Below are positions 11,301-23,300 of a stretch of DNA of 64,000 nucleotides, one piece after another. Location: NCBI GenBank assembly GCA_038087875.1, contig CM075996.1:2048001-2112000 (forward strand). The letters are read 5' to 3'. This DNA comes from Malacoraja senta (taxonomy: Eukaryota). The notes beneath the pieces were generated by a model that was not told the origin of the DNA, ran no database searches, and saw only the letters and a program-made list of their open reading frames with translations. Every line of letters begins with the position of its first letter. Position 1 is the first letter of the stretch. The position numbers and the translations under genes are program-made.

Positions 11301-14300
11301 CACCCCTCTCTCCCTGCCCACCCCTCTCTCCCTGCCCACCCCTCTCTCCCTGCCCACCCCTCTCTCCCTGCCCACCCCTCTCTCCCTGCCCACCCCTCTC
11401 TCCCTGCCCACCCCTCTCTCCCTGCCCACCCCTCTCTCCCTGCCCACCCCTCTCTCCCTGCCCACCCCTCTCTCCCTGCCCACCCCTCTCTCCCTGCCCA
11501 CCCCTCTCTCCCTGCCCACCCCTCTCTCCCTGCCCACCCCTCTCTCCCTGCCCACCCCTCTCTCCCTGCCCACCCCTCTCTCCCTGCCCACCCCTCTCTC
11601 CTGCCCACCCCTCTCTCCCTGCCCACCCCTCTCTCCCTGCCCACCCCTCTCTCCCTCCCTCCCTATCCCCCTCTCTCTCCCTACCCCCCCTCTCTCTCCG
11701 TCTCCCTCTCCCTCTCTGTCTCCCTCCAGTGAGGGAGGTGCCCACTTGATAATCCCCAAGATCTACTTGCATCTACAGGAATAGTTTTATTTTTAAGAGC
11801 TAGTTAATATGTCGGTAGCTGTTTTGTGGCATACGGAGTTATTTGTTGTAAGTTGGTATATTTAGTTAGATAATACTTTGGCTTTGGGCTTGGCTTTCTT
11901 AGTTGAGCTGGAGTCCATCCTGGAGTTATAGCACAAGTATATTTGTGTTTTATTTGTAATTGTAGTCTCCAATCTCTGCCTTAAAAATACCCATTGACTT
12001 GGCCTCCACAGCCGCCTGTGGCAATCAGCTCCATTTCAGGTCATGCAGCATCTGTGGAGGTGATGCATTCGTGACTAATCAACTCGGGACCCTCCTTCAG
12101 GCCGACCCGTAAACGTGGTCTGTCCGTCCCCTCCCCAGATGCTGCCTGACCCACTGAGTTCCTCCAGCACTTTGTGTTTTGCTGGGGATTCCAGCGTCTG
12201 CAGTGTGCTGCGTTTCCGATTGCCTGGGGAGGGGTGCAGGGAAGAGGGGCACGAGGAACAAACTCTTCTGAAGATGCCCTAGCAGCACGGTGGAGCAGCG
12301 GGTAGAGCTGCTGCCTCACAGCGCCAGAGACCCGGGTTCCATCCTGACCACGGGTGCTGTCTGTACGGAGTTTGTACGTCCTCCCCGTGACCTGCGTGGG
12401 TTTTCTCCGGGTGCTCCGGTTTCCTCCCACACTCCAGGAAAGTACAGGTTTGTAGGTTAATTGGCTTCGGTGAGATTGTAAATTGTCCCTAGTGTGTGTG
12501 TGTGTTTATATAGGTTAGTGCTAGTGTACGGGGTGATCGCTGGTCGGCACGGACTCGGTGGGCCGAAGGGCCTTTTCCGCGCTGTATGTATAAGCTAAAC
12601 CAAGATAATCCAAATCTGTCCAACCTCTTCCTGTTGCTAACACCCTCCAATCGAGACCCTTCTTCGACCCGAAACATCACCCATTCCTTCTCTCCAGAGA
12701 TGCTGCCTGTCCCGCTGAGTTACTCCAGCATTCTGTGTCTATTTTCAGTTTTAACCAGCATCTGCAGTTCCTTCCTGCACTAATCTATCCATCGTTCTGG
12801 CAACCTTTCCACCTCCAGGTGGGGGGGGGGGGGGGGGGGATGGAGGAGCAGGGAGGGTGCGGGGAAGTGGGCTGGTGTGTGATAGTGCTCCTGGAATGTC
12901 CCTGGGGAGGGAAGATTGCAACCTTCACCTGGTCCGCCCTGTTTCGACCAATGCAATCAACCCGGCGTGCACAATCAAATAAGATCAAATAGAACACGTT
13001 GTCCTACAAGGTAGACAAAAATGCTGGAGAAACTCAGCGGGTGCAGCAGCATCTATGGAGCGAAGGAAATGGGCAACGTTTTGGGCAGAAACCCTTCTAC
13101 AACTTTAGGTTGTGCAAGCCATACGCGAGAAGAAGCAGAATGTCCTGCTCTGTGCAGCAACAGCAGAGGTCAAAGGCAGAGATGTCTCGGTGAAATCTGA
13201 CCCTGCCCTTTCCACGGAAGGTGCTAGGGCTTTCCACGGAGAGGAACCTGCCGTTCCGGTTCCACAGCTCTGACAGTGGATGCCAAGTGCCGCTCCCCAC
13301 CGATGTCCCGGCCTTATGTTCTAAGTTCCCTCTCGGTCGCTAACACCTTGTAGTTAATGACAGTCATATGGAGGGAGGGGGCAGGGTTTAAGAAAATATT
13401 GGCACCTGTCCAGGTCTGTTAATTGAATAATGAAAGGTCTGGATAGAGTGGATGTGGAGAGGATGTTTCCACTAGTGAGAGAGTCTAGGACCACAGGTCA
13501 CAGCCTGGGAATTAAAGGACGTTCCTTTAGGAAGGAGATGAGGAGGAATTTATTTTGTCAATCTGTGGAAGGTGAATAATCAGAGGTGGCTGACAAAAGA
13601 ACACTTCAAAGACGTACAGGTTTGTAGGTTAATTGGCTTGGTATAATAGTAAATTGTCCCTAGTGTGTGCAGGACAGTGTTAGTGTGCGGGGATCGCTGG
13701 TCGGCGCGGACGGCAGTGAAGGCCAAGTCATTGTTTATTTTTAAGGCTGAGGTAGATAGGTTCTTGATTAGTGCGGGTGTCAGAGGTTAAGTGGCCTGTC
13801 CCACTTGGGCAACTTAAATGGTGAGTTTAGAAGAGTTTGAAAAACTGACATGTTGGAGACCTCCTTCGACTAGCTACGACTAACTTCGGGAAAATTGGAC
13901 ACCGAATAGTGGAGAGTGAAGACGACCTCCTTCGACCTCCCTTCGACTATGATGAAGACTATCCACGACTGCCCTCGACTACCTACGACTAACATGCCCA
14001 CCTACTACGACTAAACCTACAAGTGAAAAAAGTATCGATTTTTTTCCCCCCATGGCGACCATTTTTTGCTCGCGGGCATTTTGTAAAATAATGAAAAATG
14101 CGCTGAGGCCTCGAGTACGCGGAAACCACTCTCGAACATGAAGGAGAGTTACGAAGACCTCCTACAACCTCGTGTCGACCGTGCTGCGAGTATGAGTCGA
14201 GGGCAAACTCGCCAGAACTCGCGGGTTAGGTCGCCCAAGTGGGACAGGCCCTTTATGGGGACAAGGCAGGAGAATGGGGTTGGGAGGGAGAGATAGATCA

Positions 14301-17300
14301 GCCATGATTGAACGGCGGAGTAGACTTGATGGGCCGAATGGCCTAGTTCTGCTCCTAGAACTTGTGAAGGTGCAGAAGGGGGCAGGGTGAGCAGTGACAG
14401 GTGGTTTTACGACAAGCACTTATCTCCAACAGACACAGCTTCTTCCAGGCAGTGAACTGGCCAGGATCGTTCCTCAACACTTTCTGTATTTGGTTTTGCA
14501 GAGCGGAGGAAGAAATACTCCAACACCAACTTCATCATGGAGGATCGTTCTCAATACCACGTCAACGTGAGTCGCCCCGCACCTTTCTAGAAGGGCCTCA
14601 CAGCGACAGACACCCGGGTTCAGTCCCGACCTCGGGTGCTGTCGGTGTGGAGTTTGCTCGCTCTCCCCGGTGACCGCGTGGGTTTCCTCCGGGTGCTCTG
14701 GTTTCCTCCCACATCCCGAAGCAGACTTTAGATGTTAGACGTGCAGAGCGGAAGGAAACGGGGCCCTTCGGCCACCGAGTCCGTGGCGACCAGTGTTCCC
14801 CTTACACTTAAACCCCTGTCCTACGGTGCGAGTTCATTCCAAGAGCTCTCCCGAGTTTAAAACAAAATCAAACTCTTGGTAAGCACAGAGAATGGACGTA
14901 GCGGGTACGTCGGAGCTCGGGGACATCTCTTTAACGCTAACGGCAGGTACTCGGGAAGACTCGCTAACGGCAGGTAAGCACGGGAAGACTCGTGAAGATT
15001 TTTCAACATGTTGAAGAATGATCACGAGAGCCCCGAGTACCGACGAGCGGCCATTACCGTAAATCTCCGAGTTCGAATCGGGGCAAACTCGGGAGAGAGA
15101 GCTCTTGGAATGAACTCGTACCGTGGGACAGGGCTATAACCAACACACACATACACGGGACAATTTTACCACTTACCGAAACCAATTAACCTGTGTGCGG
15201 GTTTGTAGGTCACTTGGCCTCTAAATTGCCCCTAGTGTGTAGGGAGGAGCCAAAATCTTGCCCACACCGACCAGCATGTCCCATCTACACTAGTCCCACC
15301 TCCCTGCGTTTGACCCATATCCCTCTAAAACTGTCCTATCCATGTACCTGTCTAACTGTTTGTCAGACGTTGAAATAGTACCAGCTTCAACCACCTCCTC
15401 CAGCAGCTCGTTCCATACACCCACCACCTTTGTGTGTTTAAGAAAAAAAGAGTTACCCCTCGGGTTCCTATTAAATCTTTTCCCCCTCAATGTAAACCTA
15501 TGTCTGATGATATTATGCACCTCTATAAGTTCACCCCTCATCCTCTTATTGTTTTGGGTCGGGACCATCTTCAGACTGATAGACTCAGAGTGATACAGTA
15601 CAGAAACTGGCCCTTTGGCCCAACTTGCCCATGCTGAACAACATGCCCCATCTACACTAGTCCCACCTGCCTGTATTTGGCCCATAGCCCTCTAAGCCAG
15701 TACTATCCATGTATCTGTCTAAAAGTTGCGATTGTACCTGCCTTCTCTACCACCTCTGTAAGATCACCTCTCATCCTCCTGCGCTCCAAGGAATAGAGAC
15801 CCAGCCTGCCCAACCTCTCCCTGTAGCTCACAGCCTCGAGTCCTGGCAAAATCCTCGCAAATCTTCTCTGCGCCCTTTCCAGCTTAACGCCACCGTTCCC
15901 TGTAGCGTTTTAGACTTCCGACAGACAGCGCAGAGACGGGCCTTTCCACCCCCTTCCATCTTTCCAGATTGTCTTCACGGAGGGACGGCTCGACCCGAAA
16001 CGTCACCCATTCCTTCCCTCCGGAGACGCCGCCCGCCCCGCTGAGTTACTCCAGTATTCTTTGTGCCTTTAACCCTTCCAACCCTTCTCTTTGTTCCCGG
16101 CAGCATCTGGCCACCTTCCCCCTGGGACCTGGCGAGGAGACGCAGACGGTGGATGAGTCAGTCAAGAAGCTGAAGAACATGGATAGCAAGGGACGGATTT
16201 GGACCCAGGACATGCTACTGCAAGTCCATCCCTTGGCCGTCAGCCTGGTGGACATCGAGTCCAAGGTAGGTCACGATTGTCCATGGGGGAGAGGAGGGGG
16301 CGGGGGGGTATGACTGGCATCGACAGAGATGGGCCAGATGTTGAAGGAGGTGGGGAGTTCACTGCTTTCATTCAACACACACCTCCAGATTCAGGGACAG
16401 TTTCTTCCTGGCTGTTATCAGGCAACTGAACCATCCTACCACAACCAGAGAGCAGTGCTGAACTACTATCTACCTTATATGTTTCAATTGGCGATAAACT
16501 AAACTGAACAATGATTTATCGCCAATTGAAACATATAAGATTATTAAGGGTTTGGACATGCTCGAGGCAGGAAACATGTTCCCGATGTTGGGGGAGTCCA
16601 GAACCAGGGGCCACACACAGTTTAAGAATAAGGAGTAAGCCATTTGGAACGGAGACGAGGAAACACTTTTTCTCACAGAGAGTGGTGAGTCTGTGGAATT
16701 CTCTGCCTCAGAGGGCAGTGGAGGCAGGTTCTCTGGATGCTTTCAAGAGAGAGCTAGATAGGGCTCTTAAAAATAGCGGAGTAAGGGGGATGTGGGAAGA
16801 AGGCAGGAACGGGGTACTGATTGGGGATGATCAGCCATGATCACATTGAATGGCGGTGCTGGCTCGAAGGGCCGAATGGCCTCTACTCCTGCACCTATTG
16901 TTGTCTATTGTCTATAACCTGCCTTCCGATTGGGTTTCTCTTAGGAAGAGCTGGAGAACTACCCTCTGTCGGCTATCGAGCGTTGCGAGTCGCTGTTGGA
17001 CAACTGGAGGTACAACTCCATCCTCATCCTCGTGTGCAAGGAAGCCCATCAGGTCAAGCCGGACATCCACTTCTTCCAGTGCTCAGAGGTGGGGGTGAGT
17101 ATCCCAGCGGGTCGGTGAAAACAAACGCACTGGCCTTGTATCTCCCTCAGCGCCCGGGACAGAGGGGGGAGTGAGGGTGGGGGGCGGGAGGAGGAAACAT
17201 AGAAACATAGAAAATAGGTGCAGGAGGAGGCCATTCGGCCCTTCGAGCCTGCACCGCCATTCATTTGTGATCATGGCTGATCGTCCACAATCAATAACCC

Positions 17301-20300
17301 GTGCCTGCCTTCTCCCCATATCCCTTGACTCCACTAGCCCCTAGAGCTCTATTTAACTCTCTCTTAAATCCATCCAGTGACTTGGCCTCCACTGCCCTCT
17401 GTGGCAGGGAATTCCATAAATTCACAACAGTCTGGGTGAAAAAAGTTTTCACCCAGAGTTGGAGGAGGAGGAGTACACACTGGCGATCGGGGCAGGCAGA
17501 TGCGGCCAGTGTAGATGGGGCATGTTGGTCGGTGTGGCAAACTTGGGCCGAAGGGCCAGTTTCTGCGCCTGTTTCACTCTGAATCTCTATCGGTCTGAAG
17601 AAGGGCCCCGACCCGAAGTGTTGAGTCCAATTCCTCCACAGACGCTGCCCAACCCGCTAGTTCCTCCGGCACTTTTTGCATTTTGTTAATTTGGCCGTCT
17701 CCCAATCACGGGGGAGTAATTTTCACCCATGTTGCCTTCAATTGAGTCTGTGCAAATCTCTCACTAACTAACGATAGACACAGAATGCTGGAGTAACTCA
17801 GCGGGACAGGCAGCATCTCTGGAGAGAAGGAATGGGTGACGTTTTTGGGTCGAGACCCTTCTTCTGAGGTGGTCGCCGATATGACTGAAGAAAGGCAATG
17901 AACCAGTTATGTTAGAGTTATATAATTACTCCTCTCCCCCGACAAATGGAAAGGGGACGCTCTCTTCCAAACTGCCTCCTTATCAAGTATTTATTCAGTT
18001 CTATATTGGAAGTTCCTGCTGCATTGTTTTGAAAACTCCAGGTGAAAACATTCGCAGGAAGGAACTGCAGGTGCTGGTTAGACTGGAAGCAACTGAGTAA
18101 CTCAGCGGGTCAGGCAACATCTCTGGAGAAAAGGGATAGGTGACGTTTCGGGTCGAGACCCTCCCTCAGTCCCAGACATCAGAGTCCGAAGAAGGGTCTC
18201 GACCCGGAGCGTCACCCATTCCTTCTCTCCAGAGACGCTGCCTGTCCCGCTGAGTTACTCCAGCATTTTGGGTCTATCACAAGTCAAAACATGTTGCTTA
18301 ACAACATCTCCCGGTTTCCACTTTAAGGTGAGATGGGGCAAAGTTTATAGGAGATGTGCAGGGGCAAGTTCTTTTACCCAGAGGGTGGTGGGTGCCTGGA
18401 ACGCGCTGCCCAGGGGTGGTGGTGGAGGCAGATACGATAGTGGTGTTTAAGAGGCTTTTAGGCAAGGACATGGATATGCAGGGAATGGAGGGGCACGGAT
18501 CACATGCAGGCAGAGGGGATCAGTTTAAATTGGCATCACATTCCATGTTCTCCTCCCTGCTTCTTCTGCCAATTCAGGCATCTGCTCCCCATGTTTCTGA
18601 ATCGGCCACTCGCGGGCATCATTATCCAGTCTGTCCAGAAGATGAGGATTCTTGCACGGAATCGCTGGCTGGAAGTTTGCCTTTGGAGGCTGGAATCAAT
18701 GCATTGATACTTTTCAGTTTAGATTAGAGATGCAGCACAGGAACGTCACCCATTCCTTCCCGCCTCACACGCCGAGTTGCATCCAGCATGCCTCCTATTT
18801 TTCTATGTTTCTATCTATCTCTAAGCAAAAATAAAAAATAAAAATGCACCCAAGTGTTTGGCCAGTGGCCTGACCTGTTGTATCGTTGCAGGCTGACCTG
18901 ATTAGGTCCGACATTAACAGCGCCATCACGGACATGAGAAGTGGCAAGGCTGAGAGACCTAATGCTCTCAGGTGAGTTCCTGCAAGACGCCTCGACAGAT
19001 TCTGTCTGATTTTCTGAGTTTTCAAACTTCCATCGGGCAAGAGGTACAGAAGTGTGAAAACGCACACACACACACACCTCCAGATTCAGGGACAGTTTCT
19101 TCCCAGCTGTTATCAGGCAACTGAATCATCCTACCACAACCAGAGAGCGGTCCTGAACTACTATCTACCTCTTGGGTGACCCTCGGACTATCTTTGATCA
19201 GACTTTGCTGGCTTTACCTTGCACTAAACGTTATTCCCTTATCATGTATCTGTACACTGTGAATGGCTCAATTATAATCATGTATTGTCTTTCCGCTGAC
19301 TGGTTAGCACGCAACAAAAGCTTTTCACTGTACCTCGGTACACGTGACAATCAACTAGACTGAACTGATTTCCCCACCCCTCCCCATTCTTCTCAACAAT
19401 GCGGAGTGTTGCGTACACATTTAGAACATTGTACGCTGTCCTGGTCAACATTTTACAGGAAGGATGTGGAGCCTTTTGGGAAGGGTGTCTACTAGAAAGA
19501 TGCAGAGCATCCTGGACAATACAGCTCACCCCCTCCTCCGTGACACACTAACCAACCTGAGGAGCACCTTCAGCAACAGACTGGTTCCCACCAATATGTA
19601 GTACGGAACACCACAGGAGATCCTTCTTCCCTGTGGCTATCAAACTGTACAACTCCTCCTCCCTTCTGTCGTGGGGTAGACTGAGACTGATCCCCCCCCC
19701 CCACCCCAATTCTTTACACATCCCCAACCCTTTCCACTCGTCACTTTAATTTCATGTTTCACCTATCTTGTGTTTCTATGACTGTTGGCAGACCAATTTT
19801 CCCACCTGGGATAATTAAACTTCTATCGTATCGTGTCGTATGACTGAATGGCGCAGTAGACTAGATGGGCCGAATGGCCTAATCCTGCCTCTAGAATTTA
19901 TGAGTGAAGCCAGCATGAGAACAAGGGGCCGTACAGCCTCCTCCCTTTATTGCCCAGTGTAATCCTTACCTGTTATGCTTGCTTTCAGGTTGAATCAGGA
20001 GAGGATGAATGAACGGAACTCCCCTTCCCCTCCCTTGCTTCTCACCCCTTCCCAAAGATGGCTGCCAAAGCGCCAATCACCTACAGCCCCTTGATCAGGA
20101 GGCAAGACTCCTTGCCTGTCCCACCATCTCCAACAACTGCATCCGACCCCACAGGTAAGCAACTCGGTTATTTCATTTCTTCCAGCGATCTCCGGGCCAA
20201 TCTCCCCATCCTTTGCTCTCTGTCATCTGATAATCTATTTAGTTATTTTTTTACAAATACTTTAGATTCCACGTTGTGGGGCCGAAGGGCCTGTTCCTGT

Positions 20301-23300
20301 TCTGTTCTAATATAGCAATGGATGGGATATTGACCACGTGAAGCAGGCACGGAAATCGCTGTCAAAAACATGCGGGGGCCACAATTTCTTGGCGGCCGCG
20401 CGCGCACACTCCTGCGCTTCGGCCGTGGGGCTTGAATCGGCCCGTTCACGGGTGTTTCATCGGCCGGCGGGGGCTTCAACATCGGGTGGCTCAATCGCCT
20501 CGACGCAGCAGTTTGATTTTAAGCCGCGCCGGGCCGATTCAGCCCTTAGAAAGCGGCTGATAAAGTCCGGATGACAAAACATGGGGGGGATCGACCCCCC
20601 TCACCTTTCAAAGCAGGGGGGGCGTTTTGTCCCCCCTGTCCCCCCCTGGATTTCCGCCCCCCTGCGTGAAGCTGAGGAGATGAGTTAAACTTTAGAGATA
20701 CAGCGCGGAAGCAGGCCCATCGGTCCACCGGGTCCACGCCGACCAGCGATCCCCGCGCACTAGTTCTGCGTTTCTCAACCACTCCCTACACACTTGGGGG
20801 CAGTTTACAGAAGGACAATTAACCTACAAACCTGCACGTCTTTGGAGTGTGGGAGGAAACCGGAGCACCCGGAGGAAACCCACGAAGTCACAGTGAGAAC
20901 GTGCGAACTCCACTCAGACAGCACCCGAGGTCAGGATCGAACCCGGGTCTCTGGCGCGGTGAGGCAGCAGCTCTGTGCCACCGTGCGGCACTAAAGCATA
21001 CGCTCTCCAAGTTCTTTGAATGCCAACATCCACCATCTTTCCAACAGGAATCTCCCTCGTCCACCTACCTATGCAAAGCCGTCATTTAATACATTAGTCT
21101 TCCTTCTGCTGTCTATTCAGTTCAACAATAAACATAGAACTTTAATCTGCCCAATGCAATTGACCGGTCAACGGGCGGCGCAGCGGTAGAGTTGCTGCCT
21201 CACAGCATCAGAGACCTGGGTTCGATCCTGACTACGGGTGCTGTCTGTACGGAGTTTGTACGTTCTCACCGTGACCGAGTGGGTTTTCTCCGGGTGCTCT
21301 GGTTTCTCCCCACACTCCAAAGACGTTCAGGTTTGTAGGTTCATTGGCTTCTGTAAAATTGTAAATTGTCCCTATTGTGTGTAGGATAGTGTTAGTGTGC
21401 GGGGATCGCTGGTCGGCGCGGACTCGGTGGGCCGAAGGGCCTGTTTCCGCGCTGTATCTCTAACGTCTAAAGTTAAACACATCTCAGCTGCACGTGTCCA
21501 TATCCCTCCATTACGATGATAGGACGGGACAGCACAGGAACAGGCCCTTCGGCCCACAATGAAGTATAAAATATATCCGGTCTTTGCAATCCAACTCCGT
21601 CCCCATCACAAGCCACATGTTCCTTCTGATGGACCTCAGATTGAGGCCAACAACGCAAGGACCTTCAGTGAATCTGATGTCGTTCTCCCGTCCAACTTGG
21701 GTTGAAGTCGACGCTTGGTTCTGAAGTTGGGTCTAGACCCGAAACGTCACCCCGTTCCTTCTCTCCAGAGATGCCGCCCGTCCCGCTGAGTTGCTCCAGC
21801 ATTTTGCGTCTATCTTCGGTGTAAACCAGCGTCTGCAGTTCCTTCCTACACACGTTTGGTTTTTGTTGCAGATTCGAACGGCGCGGACAGTACTCTGGTG
21901 GACACGGTGGAGCAGAGGATGTCGCGAGACGTGGTGAGTCCCATCGCCGGCTGGCCAAAGAGCACGGAGTCTCCAATAGTTCTCCCGTCTCAGTCGGGCC
22001 TTCATCTTGGCCAGAGGCCACATGGCCCTTCAAGCCTGCCCTACCATTAGTGCCATAGAGTCACACAGCACGGAAACAGACCCTTCCGCCCAACTCGCCC
22101 ATGCCAACCAAGATGCCCCATCTAAGCTCATCCTGTTTGCCCGCGTTTGGCCAACATCCCTCAAAACATTTTCTGTTCATGTATCCGTCCAAATGTTGTT
22201 ATTGTCCCCGGTTCAACTTCCTCCTTTGTCAGCTCGTTCCATACAACCTCCGTCTCCCATCGGGTTCCTCTTCAATCTTTCCCCTCTCGCCTTAACGCCA
22301 CTTGACTTGAATTCTCTGCCTCAGAGGGCGGTGGAGGCCGGTTCTCTGGATGCTTTCAAGAGAGAGCTAGATGGGGCTCTTGAAGATAGCGGAGTCAGGG
22401 GATATGGGGAGAAGGCAGGAACGGGGTACTGATTGGGGATGATCAGCCATGATCACATTGAATGGCGGTGCTGGCTCGAAGGGCCGAATGGCCTACTCCT
22501 GCACCTATTGTCTATTGTCAATAAAGCTCTACCCTCTCTTTCATGATTTCCCTTCTGTGGGGGATAAAGACTCGGTCGGTGCACTCACCCTATCTGTTCA
22601 CCCTCTCTATTCTCCTCATGAGTTTATACACCTCTCTCTCTCTCTTTCTATAAGATCAACCCTCTACCTCCTGCACCCCTAAGACTAAAATCCTGGCCAG
22701 CCCAACCTCTCCTTGCAGCTCTGGCCCTCGAGTCCAGATAGCTTGCAGGTACTATCAAAACGTGAAGACAAGGACAGGACAGGTTTGGAGGGATATGGAC
22801 CAAACGCATGCAGGTTGGGCCAGTGTAGATGGGACATGTTGGCCAGTGTGGGCTAGTTGGGCCGATGGGTCTCTGCGTCATCTTTGTAAATCTTTTCTGC
22901 ACTCTCTCCAATTTTGTTGGCATCTTGCCTTTGGCGAGGTGAAAGTTGGATCAGTTAGACCTTTTAAAGTTGGCTCAGAAGTCACCTGCGTCTTAATTAT
23001 CTTCTACTTAAGCTTTACAGACTTTGTCACACAAGTCTATTAATCTGACATGTTTGGTCTGATATGGAACAGAATGAGGCCATTCAGCCCATCAAGTCTA
23101 CTCTGCCTTTCAATCGTGGCTGGTCTATCTCTCCCTCTGAACCTCATTCTCCAGCCTTCTCCCTATAACCCCCGACAACCGTACTAATCCAGAATCTACC
23201 TATGAAAATAATTGAATCTGAAGAAGGGTCTCTACCCGAAACGTTGCCCGTTCCTTTGCTCCAGAGACGCTGCCTGTCCCGCTGAGTTACTCCAGCATTT

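Noticed and set aside
10783..11784. Pro-rich, extensin- or collagen-like ORFs
   Set aside because: Translation of an 18-bp C-rich minisatellite inside an intron
14502..16265. EPS8L2 assignment (KKYSN.N.IM...SQYHV resembles EPS8L2)
   Set aside because: The N-terminal KPS..SIY, WDEPVE/QSGPQ and C-terminal [19 protein letters not shown] favour EPS8L1; a phylogeny would settle it
21173..21245. tRNA genes
   Set aside because: A/B-box segments are heads of HE1-type SINEs and continue into the V-domain and LINE tail
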